A stretch of 64,000 bases of DNA from Moniliella sp. 'wahieum' (Eukaryota): positions 1 through 64,000 of the forward strand of contig RSEE01000088.1 in NCBI GenBank assembly GCA_003971905.1, read 5' to 3'. The position numbers and the translations under genes were made by a program. Below the pieces are notes generated by a model. It saw only the letters and a list, made by a program, of their open reading frames with translations, was not told where the DNA came from and ran no database searches. The first letter of the stretch is position 1. Each line of letters starts with the position of its first letter. Below, in pieces: positions 12,137-24,531 of this stretch.

Positions 12137-13870
12137 CTACTCCTCGTCCTGGTCCATGTGCATCTCGTCCATCTCATCCAGCAAGTCGTCGAGAGGAATG
12201 GTGGGCACGTCGTCGTCGCCCCACTCGGATTCGCCATCGGTGTTGATCCCCTCGTCCTCGTCCGGGTGAACGGGAGGACCGTCGTCCATGTCCATGGCAT
12301 CGAGCAGTTCGCGTTGGCGAGCCTCGCGGATGGCACGCTTACGTTCCTCTCGCGCTTGTTCCTTGGCTGTATCGCGGTAAATGTTGACGTTGGCCCGCAT
12401 CTCCTCGTCCTCCTCCAGCTGGGCCAGGAACATCTCGTAGTCCCTCTGGACGCGTTGGCCATCCAGTCCGCCTCGGCGGCCCACTGCGCCCTTACCTCCG
12501 TCCGCGCCCAGGTCACGGTTGACAGCTGATGCCCCGGGGGGAAGGTTCTTCGACTCGTCTTCCGGCCCAGCCTCTTTGGCGATGGACTTGAGCTTCCACA
12601 TGCGCCGGTTGCGCCGTTTCTTACTGTCCGGGTAAGATTTGCGAACCAGGACGGTATCCGGTACGCGTTCGGGTGGTACCGTGTCCCAAGCATCGTTGTT
12701 AAAGTTGGCAACACGCAAGTGGTAGCCCATGGCCTGGTCTCCTGCGGTCAAAAGGCGGCCAAGGTGGGTGCGAGTGTGGTAGACTGCATCTGCTTCCCCA
12801 AACGAGGTAGCGTTCATTGGGCTCACCTGTGCATCGGCTTCGACCCATTTGGCATCGCGAGGGGTGTGACCGCCAATGCGGTGTGCGGCCGCGTAGTTGG
12901 CCATCTGGTTCACCTCAATGTCCAGGACAAGGAACTCGATCAGTTCCGGGATGGAGGCAAGGCTTTGGAAAGGATCTTTCCAGTACTTTTCCGCCGGTAC
13001 ATCTACGCTCTGGAGCGTCGTCGGGTCCAAGAGACGAATGGAGTTGTTGATACGAGAGCAGACGACGATCTGGCCAATGTTGCCCAAACTCTTGGCCATA
13101 GGACGCGGGAGAACGATGAGGTCGTCCTTGCAAATTGGCGCAATCTCGACCGAGTAGGTAAACTTGTAGTTGCTATGACTCGTGTGCACATCAGTCGACA
13201 CGAGTTCCTCGGACTTGCCTACCCGGATAGGCACCACCGTCGAAAGAAAGTCGCACATCCGGAGCGCATGGCCCCGCTGAACATAAAAAAAGTCAAGACC
13301 ATCCTTTGCTTCACGAATGGAAACCGTATCCCGATGGGCATTGTGCTTGAGGATGAGTTGTTCAAGGTACAAAAAGGTGCGTTTGTGGGGGACCTTTTGC
13401 CGCACCTGTACCATGGCCTTCCACGTGTTCTTGGCAGCGAGCCTAGTGCAGTCGGGGCACTGACCATACTGAACAACAAATACCACCTCAAAGATCTGCT
13501 GCAACACAGTGTTGGTCAACACCTCCTTCTGCACCGTCAGCTTGACCCGCAGTCGCTTGGAGTGGGGTTCGGTCCAGATAAAGCCCGCGTCAATAAGACG
13601 GATCTTGTTGAGGCCCTTGAGCTTCTTGAGGCAGATGGCCAGCAGCTCGCGGGACTCGAGACGCGCCTGAACCCACTGTGCTGGGGGGTTGAGGTAGCGC
13701 TCGCAGTTACGGCAGAAATTGACAGTGGCCTGCTTGGGGATGCCATCGGTGATGTCGATGGTGTTGCGCAGACAGGTGAGGCAGAGGTTGGCGCTGTTGG
13801 GTGTGATGGGCACGCCACAGTCGGCGCAGAGAACCATGCCAGCCGAGCGCTCGGGGACGACGTAATCCAT
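12137..13870 (-). CDS. NMD3: 60S ribosomal export adaptor Nmd3
   Basis: Intact ORF from MDYVVPERSAG with CADCG..PNSANLCLTC, WTEPHSKRLRVKLTVQKE, VQVRQKVPHKRTFLYLEQLILKH, LEEDEEMRANVNIY and an acidic tail. Confidence 0.98.
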   Translation of the reverse strand: MDYVVPERSAGMVLCADCGVPITPNSANLCLTCLRNTIDITDGIPKQATVNFCRNCERYLNPPAQWVQARLESRELLAICLKKLKGLNKIRLIDAGFIWTEPHSKRLRVKLTVQKEVLTNTVLQQIFEVVFVVQYGQCPDCTRLAAKNTWKAMVQVRQKVPHKRTFLYLEQLILKHNAHRDTVSIREAKDGLDFFYVQRGHALRMCDFLSTVVPIRVGKSEELVSTDVHTSHSNYKFTYSVEIAPICKDDLIVLPRPMAKSLGNIGQIVVCSRINNSIRLLDPTTLQSVDVPAEKYWKDPFQSLASIPELIEFLVLDIEVNQMANYAAAHRIGGHTPRDAKWVEADAQVSPMNATSFGEADAVYHTRTHLGRLLTAGDQAMGYHLRVANFNNDAWDTVPPERVPDTVLVRKSYPDSKKRRNRRMWKLKSIAKEAGPEDESKNLPPGASAVNRDLGADGGKGAVGRRGGLDGQRVQRDYEMFLAQLEEDEEMRANVNIYRDTAKEQAREERKRAIREARQRELLDAMDMDDGPPVHPDEDEGINTDGESEWGDDDVPTIPLDDLLDEMDEMHMDQDEE

Positions 13871-14113
13871 CGTGGGCAGTGTGCGTGGAGGCGGGGGTGG
13901 TAGGGGGGAGAGGGTATGGAGAGGTGGTGGGACGGTGGTTGGTGCGGGCAGTGGCGGCGGCAGCGGTGCTGAGAGAGCCACATCCCGAAGGGCTGTCGGC
14001 AGCCTGCAAAAAAAAAAGAATAGTTATGCTTGGAAATTTGACTTTTGAACGTTGCAATGCAGATCCGCGCCGTTTCGGTTCAATTCGGCGTTAAGCACAG
14101 CACGCAAGCAAGC

Positions 14114-14164
14114 GCACCCAGGTGCGTATCACACTGGTTCGAGTCCCGGTTGGGCGCACTTTTT
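14114..14164 (+). ncRNA. tRNA-like minihelix / internally deleted tRNA with Pol III-type terminator
   Basis: GCACCCA pairs with TGGGCGC (6/7), ACTGG-TTCGAGTC-CCGGT forms a T-arm, discriminator A, then TTTTT. Only 12 nt lie where the D and anticodon arms should be. Confidence 0.35.
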
Positions 14165-14400
14165 CGGTTTGTTCGCGTTCGATCCCGCTCGGGTCAAGGG
14201 TCAAATTTCACGTTTCAAGTGTCACCTGTCACGCGTCACGTTCACGTTGCAACCTTGAAGCTTGAAGCTTGAAGCCAAATGCACATTTGGCCACGGTGTG
14301 TTCCGCCCTGTTCCGCCCTGGGTGCTGTGTCCGTTGCTGAAGGGCAAAAGGATGGCTGGGCCTGGGCCACCCTCCACCCCCCTCTACCATTCCTGTCCGC

Positions 14401-16167
14401 ATGGCCGCACCCGACGTTTCTCACCAAGCCGCGCAGCCCATTCGCTTGGGGAAGGCTGCGCGTAGGAGGGCGAGGAAAAGGGAGCAGAAGGAGGCTGCGC
14501 CCGCGCCTGCGCCTCCGTCCCAGTCCCAGTCCCAGTCCGAGCCCTCGGCCGCTCCCGCTCCCGTCCCCGCCACAGAGGCGGAGACCGTGGTGGTGGAGGC
14601 GGAGCCGCTTGTGGATGCGTCCTCGCTGGACCCGGAGATGCGTGCGTACTATGCCAAGGTGCTCGGGGCATTTGCTCCTTCGGCCGAGCCGGAGCCTGCG
14701 CCGGAGCCCGAAAAAACGATAAGGGTGAGGTGATGTGGAGCGAAGATGAGGACAATCCTCCTGGATGGAGGAGGAGGGGGCGGTGCCCGTGCGGGTGCTG
14801 CGCCGTTGAGTAAGCGCAAGCAAAAGAAGCTCCAGCGTTTGACTGTGGGCGAGCTAAAACAGCGAGTGAACCGTCCGGAAGTGGTGGAAGGATGGGACGT
14901 TGATGCGGCTGACCCGCGCTTGCTGGTGCACTTGAAGAGTTACCACAACACGATTCCCGTCCCGGAACACTGGAAGTTCAAACGTGACTACCTTTCAACC
15001 AAACGTGGGATGGAGAAGCCTCCGTTCCAGCTTCCTTGTACGTCTCTAACCCCCCCCCCCCCTCGCACCACCTCTTGCGCGCACCATGATCTGACAAGGT
15101 TGTACAGCATATATTGCCGCGACGGGGATTGCAGAGATGAAAGATTCGTTGCGGGAGAAGGAGTCGGAGCAGACGCTCAAGGGCAGACGAGGGCACGTGT
15201 GCAACCCAAGATGGGCAAAGTGGAGGTGGACTACCAAGCGTTGCACGATGCGTTCTTCAAGTTCCAGACGCCGCCGCGGCTGACTGGGTTTGGGGATGTA
15301 TTTGAGGGCAAGGAGTTCCAAACGCAGCGCAATCGCGATGCGCGTCCTGGGCGATTGAGCACGCAGTTACGAGAGGCACTCAATATGCCCCCTGGTGCAC
15401 CACCTCCATGGTTGTATGCTATGCAACGTATGGGCCCACCCCGAGTTATCCGTACCTCCGCATTCCCGGCCTGAACGCGCCGCTCCCACCTGGCGCCTCA
15501 TGGGGGGTCAATCCCGGTGAGTGGGGGTACCCCCCTACGGATGGATATGGGCGGCCAGTGTACCCTGATGTGACCAACACGCCCGTAGTGGCGTCTGGGC
15601 CGGAGGGTGACGTGCCAGCGGAGGAGCGGGAGCACTGGGGTGAGCTGGGACCCGAGGAAGAGGCTGAGGAGTCGGAGGAAGAGTCGGAGGAGGAGGAGGA
15701 GGAAGAGGAGGGGCCAGAAGGGGAGCAAGAGTCGGAGGAGCAAGCGTCGGGGCCCGAGCACGAGCCGGAGGCAGGCGAGGGCGCACAGTACTATACCGAG
15801 GACGGGCTGCAGTCGACGTTGCCAGGGATGGAGTCGGGGGGCATTCAGCTGCGTAAGACAGGTCGTCCGATCCCTGGCATTCCCGAGCCGCCACCGGAGC
15901 CTACAGGCCCCAAGCAGCTCTACACGGTGGTGCAGGAGCACGACACGGCACCGACTGGCTTCATGGGGACGGGGAGGCAGTACGACTTGGCCGCGGCCAT
16001 GGCCCCAGCTGCTCCTGCGGCGGGTGCAGGCAAGCGGTCGCGAGAGGCGGAAGCGGCGGAGGAGGAGGCGCACAAGCGGCACGAGGTGGACGCGCGTCGA
16101 CGCGCGTGGCGGGGGGGTAGCCCCCCAAGCGCCCGAACTGGATGGATGTGCGCGTGCTCTGGGTTAA
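14401..16167 (+). CDS. CUS1: U2 snRNP splicing factor SF3B2/SAP145 (Cus1)
   Basis: RLTVGELKQRVNRPEVVE..DVDAADPRLLVHLKSYHNTIPVPEHW, KRGMEKPPFQLP, PKMGKVEVDYQALHDAFFKFQT, PPPWLYAMQR, YPYLRIPGLNAP. Intron 15038-15107. Frameshifts; 3' end approximate. Confidence 0.95.
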
Positions 16168-16694
16168 GTACGTTAAGCAGCCCACCCGGCAGTCAGAGTG
16201 TCGTAGCTAGCTGGATCCCTATTCAATCGGGGCGGCACGTGACTGCCGATCAGGCCGGATGCGATGGATGCGCGGGCAGGGAATGCAATGTTCAAAAGCA
16301 GCCTTGCCCGAATTTCACGCCGGGCGCGGGTGGGTGTGAGATGTGAGATGTGAGATGTGAGTCAAGGCGCGGATGGGGCCATGGGGGCGCGCAGCGCACA
16401 CTGGCGCTGTGCCGCGGCGGGCATGGCCAGCAGCGCAACCCTAGCGGCTGCCCGAAGCAGGCGGGTGCGTGGTGCGTGGCATGCGCGGGCGCGGGGGCAG
16501 TGTGTGGGCCGGCGCGTGATGTGGGCGCGCTGGAGGCACAGAGCGCTGATCACTGGGTGGATGATAATCGTGGAGGCCTGCGGTCCCATCCGGCAGGCAG
16601 ATCTTCTTGGCCCCGTTGGTCGCCTGCCCTCTGCTTCTGCCCCCACACCCCACCCCCACCCCACCCCCCTCGCCCTTCCTTCGCATCTCCCCCC

Positions 16695-17782
16695 ATGGCC
16701 CCCACCTCCACTCCTGACGCGACCGCCGTGTCGTCCTCCGTCGCTGCCTCGGCCCCTCGGGCGATGTGCGCAACAAGGCCAACCTGGCCAAGTACAACCA
16801 GTACTGGCAGAAGGACTCGTCCGACGACACGGCCGCCCACCAGGATGCGCGCAAGGACCAGTACACGGACGTTGTCAATGCGTATTACGATGGCGCTACC
16901 GAGCTGTACGAGTACGGTTGGGGTGAGAACTTCCATTTCTGCCGCTACTGCTGGCGAAGCGTTCCGCCAAGCGCTTGCTCGTCACGAGCACTACCTCGCC
17001 CTCACCATGGGCCTCAAGCCCCGCATGCGTGTGCTGGATGTTGGGTGTGGTGTTGGTGGACCTGCGCGTGAGATTGCGCGTTTTGCCGGGGTCGAGATTG
17101 TCGGGATCAACAACAACCAGTTCCAGGTCCTGCGTGCGCAGCAAAAGACGGCCAAGGCTGGCTTGTCGGACCAATGCTCGTTTGTCAAGGGCGACTTTAT
17201 GAACCTGGTTGGCCAGTTTGGTCCCAACTCGTTTGATGCAGTGTATGCGATTGAGGCTACGTGCCACGCTCCGTCGTGGGAGGGCGTGTATGGGCAAATT
17301 TTCCAGGTGCTCAAGCCCGGTGGCAAGTTTGGTCTGTACGAGTGGTGCATGACGGACAAGTGGGACCCCAAGAACCCACACGACCATGAGGTCGCTCACG
17401 GGATTGAGATTGGGGATGGCATTCCCGAGATGCGGACAATCAAGCAGGCGCACGATGCGTTGGTCAAGGTTGGTTTCCACATTGACCACGAAGTTGACTT
17501 GGCCGATGTGGGCGACAAGATTCCGTGGTACCCATTGGAGGGGGACCTGCGTAAGGTCCAGACGCTGTGGGATGTGTTCACCTGCTGGCGCATGACCCGC
17601 GTCGGTACCTTCTGCACCCAAAACGCCGTTTGGGGACTGGAGAAGCTCGGGATTGCGCCCAAGGGTACGTACGAAATTGGCGAGTCGCTCAAGACGGCTG
17701 CCAAGTACCTTGTTGCCGGTGGTCGTGAGATGACCTTCACCCGATGATGCACTTTACTTCGACCAAGCCTGCTTCGGCTTAG
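16695..17782 (+). CDS. ERG6: Sterol C-24 methyltransferase
   Basis: [61 protein letters not shown]; several small indels. Confidence 0.97.
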
Positions 17783-18697
17783 GTTCGGTCGGGCATCCTA
17801 CCTCTCCCCCCTCCCAATCCCCCATGCGCCTCTCTACTGTGTGCCGTCCCCTTTCCTTTCCTACCGTTCGCTCGTTTTCCTGTCGCCAATTCATGGCGAA
17901 CTGAATGCTTTCCTTCTCCAATGCAATGGACCGCCAGCTCTCACTGGTGCGGCTTGGCTGAAGGAGCGATTATCTTGGACGCACGCGTCAGCTGCTCATG
18001 GGATACTAGAGAGTCGATCTTGCTCTGGCCCGATGTACCACGTGTAGGGTAAATTTGATATACAGTCTACGGAGGCTTGTCCAACGTTACGTCGAAAAAA
18101 AGGCGTACCCCAACGAGTGGTAAAGACATGCGCATGTCCGGTAAGTTGAGAGGGAACAGGGCGAAGCTAGTACAATGAGATCGCTTGATTGTAGTCGTTT
18201 ACACTGTGCACTGAAAAGGGAAGAGGGAAGAGTGTGTGCGGGAATGTTATACGGAGGGGCTGGCTAAGTACAAGTATGTGTGCAGCCTAGAAGCTTGAGC
18301 TTGAGCATGAGCTTGATATTGAGGGTGCGCTTGGCTCGGCCGGGCCCGGTCCCACAACTCGGAGCAACTGTGCACGAAGGAGCAACGCTGCTACCGAATG
18401 CTACCCACTACTGGCTTCCTGCCCATGGTGCTGCTGCGTGGCGCTGGCGCAGTGGGTGCTGCTGCACTCAGGCTCCGCTGCGCTCGGCCGTCTTTGCCAG
18501 CACATGCGGCACGTGCACCACCTTCCCCCGGCGCGTAGGTAAGTCCTTCCACCTTCCATCTTCCACCTTCCACCTTGCATCTTCCATCTTCCATCTCCCA
18601 TCCCTACTTCAAGCGCCCTAGGACCCATCAGAACATCGATCATGCCTGATGTTGATCCAGCTCAGGTGCACGTTGCTCATACTGCACTGGATGAAAT

Positions 18698-19390
18698 TCA
18701 TTTGCGGGGCTTGGGATGACGCTGGCGGATGTGCCAAGCGAGCATATGGTGGCTGGGGAAGTAGGAGTGTTGACAGATGGTGCAGGGGAAGGGTCTATCG
18801 GGTCCAGGTACATGTTGTCGGTGGTGTCTCGCAATCGAGTTACGGGCCACGGGTAGACCACACGTTTCGCACGCCACACGACCACTTTTCAACTCACTTT
18901 CGCGTTCGTTTGCGTGTGCCTGGACCTGGGCCTGGAGCTTGGTCTTGGTCTTGGTCTCCTTCAGGGGAGGAAGGGAAGGGGAAGCGCTACCTGTGTGTGC
19001 GCGCTTAGACGCAGACAACGCAGCAGAGGCAGAGGCAGAGGTGAGTTTAGGTCGTGGCGCATGCGCAGGCTTGGGTCTAACTTTACGCAACGAGCGTAAA
19101 TACGCGTCAAGCATGAGAGTAGTTTCGCTTTGGTCGGGAGACGTTGGGGGCGCAGCGGCGCGGCGCGCCGCATCAGCCTCGGTGGTCAAGACAGTTTCCA
19201 CCAGCTGGGTCTGAAGGGCGAGCGGGGACGTCGTAGGCCAAGTCCAGTGGTGCTGTAGGAACCGGGAACGGACCATACTTCGTTCAGCCCGGAGCACCTC
19301 TAACGAACTGCGTGCCAACGCGGTCCGCGGCCAGTGCCGCGCTGGCACGGCAGACTTGCTGGAGGGAGAGGCGCGTGCGGCCCGCGGCAT
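18698..19390 (-). CDS. C2H2 zinc-finger protein
   Basis: C-terminal CETCG..RHHRQH followed by RPFPCTICQH..LAWHIRQRH (two fingers); pyrimidine-rich leader before MPRAARA. Confidence 0.7.
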   Translation of the reverse strand: MPRAARASPSSKSAVPARHWPRTALARSSLEVLRAERSMVRSRFLQHHWTWPTTSPLALQTQLVETVLTTEADAARRAAAPPTSPDQSETTLMLDAYLRSLRKVRPKPAHAPRPKLTSASASAALSASKRAHTGSASPSLPPLKETKTKTKLQAQVQAHANERESELKSGRVACETCGLPVARNSIARHHRQHVPGPDRPFPCTICQHSYFPSHHMLAWHIRQRHPKPRK

Positions 19391-20843
19391 GGGAGCGAGA
19401 TGGGAGATCGAGGCGGAGGCGGAGGCGGAGAAGGGGGACAAGGCAAGAAGAAGGTAGAAGTACGAAGGACGAAAGACGCGGCGTGGTAGGTGGGAGGGGG
19501 GGTCGTAGGTGGAGGCAGGGAGGGAAGTGTCGTGCGCCGGACCAGGTTCGTGGGTGGTGCGACGCGGATGTGGGTAGTGGAGGTGAGCAGTGGTGGTGCG
19601 CAGCGGTTGTGAGCAGCGGTTGTGGGCAGCGGTGGTGGGCCGAGGAGAGGCCCTTTGGCTCTTACCAAAATACGCGCCGCACCCCGCGACGAGAGCTGAC
19701 CAAATTTGAGATTTGGGCTCGTGTGCGTTGTTGGCCACGTTGCACATTGAAGCTTTGGAGCTTGGGGGGGCGGAGCACGCGCTGGGCGTACCTGTGTGGT
19801 CACCAAGTCACTACGTCGCTAGGTCACTAGTCACTAGTCACTAGGTCACGGGGCTCAGCCTGAGCGGCTTTGGCTTGGAGCCGCTGCCACCTGCCCTGCC
19901 ATCTGGTTGGTTGTTTAGTTCGGGGACCGAATCGCGCGGCCGCAGGGGTGGTATCTGCCCAACCTGGCCTACACCCACTCTTGCGGGGAGAGCGAATCCG
20001 AATCGAGCTACGTAGCAAGAGTAGGTGGGGGCACTACGTTCTGACCAAGCACGTGGCAAAGCATCAGCATCACGTTGGAGCGGCAGCGAATCAAAGGAGA
20101 ATGGATTGGGAGTGGCTGACCGATATTCCCACCCGAGGGCAGGAGGGGGAGGAAAGGGGGGGGGGAGGGGAAGGTAAGGTACGCGCTGGAGGTACGCGCT
20201 GAGGTCCCCGCAGCCCCAGTGAACGTTGAACACTACAGAAGAGGAACTCAAGCATCCCACCCACCGCGGGTGCACGTGCAAGTGCAAGTGCAAGTGCAGG
20301 TGCAACCCGCGGATGAAAACCCCCTGGGGGGACGGGAAAAGGGTTAAGCCCCCCGGGGGAGGCCAAACAGGACTGAAAAAAGCAACTGAAAAAAGCAACT
20401 GAAAACGCAAGGGAGCGCAGCAGCGAGGTGGCGACCCAAAGATCTAGTGTCCCATGTCCCATGTCCCATGTCAGATGTCATGCTCATGGACCATGTCATG
20501 GACCACCAGGCGAACGTAGGTTGCTCTGACCAGGAGATGATCGATGAGCAGGAGAAGGCAAGCACGACGCGGGGCGCGGGGGCGCGAGGCGCAGGGGGGG
20601 GGAGGAAGCGTGTTCATAACGAGGGAGAAACAGGCGATCTACATCGACACGAGAGGGAGGGCAGGTGGCGAGAGAATGGGAAATGGGAAGAAAGTGGAAA
20701 TGGGCAAGGAAAAGGGAAGGAAAAGGGCTGGGGGTAGGAGATAGGAGGTAGGGAGTGGGAGGGAGAGAGGTGAAGTCTGAGGCTCACCTCTGAGGCTCAG
20801 ATCTGAGGAGTGCGAACAAACGTACTCAACGTACTCGACGTAC

Positions 20844-22023
20844 TCAGAAGAACAAGTACGTGAGGAAGAAGACCAAAGCAGCGAGGACCGCGACCTGCTG
20901 GACGGGAACGCCCTTTTCAGCCTGGGCAGCGGCGAGCTGGCGCTGAAGCTGACTGATACGAGCCTGGTACTCAACGGGCGACGCAGCGGAATCCTGGTCG
21001 GACGTAGGCTTCTCCGCAAACACTTCCTCCGGCTTACGCACCTCGTCCCCGCCCTTCTTCTCATACAGCACAGGCGAGACGCGCGACGCGGTCCCCGCAG
21101 AGTAGGCAGGCGGCACAGCCGACGCCATGGTCTGGTCCGCACTCGTGTCGGGGCCCAAGCCGCGACTTCCAAGGCCAGCGCCAGCCACAGCACCAGCAGC
21201 AACACCCGCGCCACCGGCAGCAGCAGCAGCAGCGGGTTCAGCGGCGTGAGTAGGGCTGGCAGCCGAGCCGTTGGCATCGAGCCAGACGACACGCACTTTT
21301 TGTTCCGACACCTCGTCACCCGAAATGCCAGTCCAGACATTGTGGATGCCCAGGGCCTCGCGTTCCGGGGTGAAGAGGGTAGATTGAACAAGGAACTTGT
21401 CGCGGTTCTTGGTTCCGACAGGAGGCTCTTCCGCTAGCGGCTGCAGCACAACTGGAGATCGGAAGCAGAAGCAGAAGCAGGGGGGGAGGGGGGGGGGGGG
21501 GGGGGGGGGGGGGCAAGAGAAAGCAAAAGCAAAAGCAAGTCGGCCACAAGAAGCGGTAGGGGTCAGCACGCAGCACGTTGATCAGAAGAACAAGGGGTAG
21601 GGTGAGAAGGTGCTGAGGGGTATCTGAGGCTGAGGGGGGGGTTGGAAGACGCACTGTGCACATCGAGAGTCTCGCCAGGCTCGACGCGAGCGGCGTTGGG
21701 GCGGACAGAGTAGGACTTGGGAGCGGTGGTCTTGATTTTGAACACGATGGGCTGCGCATGGGGGTTGTGGACGTGCAGAACCTGAGGTACGAGGCGGGTG
21801 AGCGGGCCTGGGGAGCGGGGGTTAGTATTTAGTGGGGGTGCGATCGCGGTGGAGTCACGGAGGGGACAGGACGAAGGTGAGAACCGGGAAGGGGCCAGAG
21901 ACACCAACACCGACACACTAACACCATCACCAACACCAACACAGACAGGGACAGGGACAGGGACGGAGAAGACGACGTACGCTGGAAGCCGAGCGCGTTG
22001 GAGGGCGTGAGGGTAACAGACAT
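20844..22023 (-). CDS. SCS2: VAMP-associated protein (MSP domain, C-terminal transmembrane anchor)
   Basis: PIVFKIKTTAPKSYSVRPN, EEPP..KNRDKFLVQS, C-terminal GVPVQQVAVLAALVFFLTYLFF. Introns 21980-21808 and 21654-21452. Confidence 0.93.
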
Positions 22024-22658
22024 GGGCGCGGGGGAGGTGGTGGTGGGGCGGCAGGCCTGGACCCGGGACCAGAGCAAGCAAGCGCAAGCGCAAGCACAAG
22101 CGCAAGCACAAGCACAAGCGCCGCCGTGCTGGCCGTGAGCGCTCGCTGAGCGCTGAGCCTCAGCGCTGCGAGCATGCATGGTGCATGGTGCATGGTGGTC
22201 ACCCATCCATGCATGAGCACGACGCATGATATTCGATGATACGGGATGCTCGACGCATGACGTGGCAGGCCCGCACGGGGGCCCCAAGAGACGGGGGAGA
22301 CGGGCGCCGTGCCTTATGACGCACAGTGACTAGTGACGCGGTAGACGCAGCGCAGCGGGGGCGGGCAGGGGGGCCGTGTGGGTGTGCCGCGGGGGGGCGG
22401 AGGGCATTGCACATTGCATATTGCACAGCCCTGCCCATGCACCATCATGCATGACGCATGATGCCTCATGCATGGCGCACTGCCGGCTGCCTGCCGATGA
22501 TCGATGACGATGAGCGTGCCACGCGGGCAGGTGCGCAGCACGCTCGTCCGCTTGGGGCCAGTGTGTGTGCACGAGGCAGTGCTTGCGCCGTGCGGTGCTG
22601 GTGCTGGTGCTGGCTGGCACGCTGGCTGGCTGCCCTGGGCGCTGGGCACAAGGCAAGC

Positions 22659-22765
22659 GACACTTTAGGGCAGTGGTTACCCCGTTCGCCTGCTATCTGC
22701 AGCACCTTGCTCCAAGGGCCAGCGAATCCTCTCTGAGGGCGTGAGTTCGAATCTCACAGGTGTCG
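22659..22765 (+). tRNA. tRNA-Ser(GCU) with 25-nt intron
   Basis: Acceptor GACACTT/AGGTGTC with G73; anticodon stem TTCGC/GCGAA; anticodon GCT at 22692-22694; intron 22696-22720; long variable arm CCTC/GAGG; T-arm GTGAG-TTCGAAT-CTCAC; downstream T-run. Confidence 0.93.
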
Positions 22766-23112
22766 ATTTCTTTTGCTACGCTACCACGCTACCACGCCAC
22801 CTTGGGCCTTAGGCCCGATTGCATTGTTTTTTCATGCTCTACGGTTCAAGGTTGGGAGCGACGCGGATAGGTTTCTAGGCGAACGTAGCAAGGCGGCCTG
22901 GTGACTGGTTCCTACTTCTACGACACGTGGGCGGGGCGGCCTTTCCAGCCTCGCACTACGACGCATCAACATGTTGTATCGTTCAACATTAAACGACAAC
23001 AGTGCATTAATCGAGTGTACCTCCGGTCCTCAAGCATGCAATAGAGGGGAGGGGGAAGAAAGCATTTGCATTTGCACAGTGTCTGTGCCGGTGCCTGTGC
23101 CTCTGTCCGGAC

Positions 23113-24531
23113 CTAGTAGATGTAGGGCACGATGCGCCAGCGTACTTTTTCACAGTACACAGTCCAGTCGTCGCCATACTTTCACGGCAGGCGGCATCGT
23201 CGCGCTGCTGGCGGTGGACGAGGAGGATGGCAAAGTACACGACGTAAAAGTAAGGCAGTGGGGTAGCGAAGCCCGTGGGCAAACACCATGCCCAGGCCAT
23301 GATCCAGTCGCCGAGATAGTTGGGGTGGCGCGAGCGACCCCACCAGCCACTGGTCAACAGCTTGGTTCCCCGCTTGGTCTGCATAAATTCCAACTCTGCA
23401 CGGTGCGTCGTAATCCGAGGTCAGTTGAGCCATCCACACCACAGACAAGCAAACAAACCAACAAGGGGGCAAAGGGCAGAGGGCAGAACGTACGTTTAGG
23501 GTTCTTGCCATTGCGGAACTCGTTCTTCTCCAGGTTGGCAGTGCGGAAAATGTAGTACCCCAAAGCGTTGAGGAGGAGGATGGCGGTGGTAGCGAGAGGG
23601 CCAAGGCGGAGCGGGGTGAAAGCGAGGTAGCGCGCCTGGAGGGAGTAAGTGAACGGGACCCAAGTCAAGTCGCCGACCGAGAGCATGAACCCGAATCCGT
23701 CGGTAGTGATGTCCATTTGGGAAAAGATCGTAGCTTCATTAAAGAGCGAGTCGACGACGTAGAACAAGTGGAAGAGGACGACGAGGACCATACTGTCTGT
23801 CACGCCCTCCGTGGTCCATTGCACACAGAGACACGATACGTCCAACACACCACAGGATCAAGCCCGGACGGAGCTCATTGAAGGTTTTGATATCAAATGA
23901 GCCAATGCGCGGATTGAGTTCGCGGCCAATAAACCAGTCGTACACTACGTTGCCCGAGTTGCCGCCCTTGGCCAGCAGACGGCCCGGGACAAACGAGCAC
24001 GCGTACACGTACACGGCCTGCACTAGGCTGTTGACCAAGGAAGCGCTGACCAGTGCGGGCCAGTGCTCGTACCACACTGCAAACCCCTTTGCGCCCGCAA
24101 CCCAGATCCAAGCGGCACCAACCAGGGTCGTGGCGATGCCCGTGTTGAGCGCATTGATCTTGTATTCCAATCGGTTTCCCGTGCGGAGCGGCAGGCCGGT
24201 CTGCCACTTGCCAGGCAGGAGGAGCCAGCACAGGACAGTAAAAGCATACCAGCCAGCGTACAAGGCCCAGCCAGTGGGATCAAAGAAACTGGCCTGGACC
24301 GTGGGCCAGACGGAGGCCCATGCACGCGCGGTGGGGGGGAAGGCACAGCCAACGTCGGGGTTGCTACGGCGTACGAAAGAGGTAAGTGAAAAGCGGGACG
24401 GTGGTGCTGATGAAGAAGGCGCCGGGGGGGCCGAGAAACTCGTACTCGGTGGTCTTGGGCGCGAGCAAGGCGGGGTCGTGGAGGAGCTGCTTGGCTGGCT
24501 TGGCTGGCTGCGCCTCGGACGTGTGGGCCAT
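23113..24531 (-). CDS. ERG24: Sterol C-14 reductase
   Basis: TTEYEFLGPPGA, DWFIGRELNPRIGSFDIKTFNELRPGLILW, MDITTDGFGFMLSVGDL, LLTSGWWGRSRHPNYLGDW. Intron 23493-23396; frameshifts. Confidence 0.95.

Noticed and set aside
12719..13903. Long antisense ORFs (here, and 27642-28487, 56936-58069 and others)
   Set aside because: Shadows of GC-rich coding sequence on the opposite strand.
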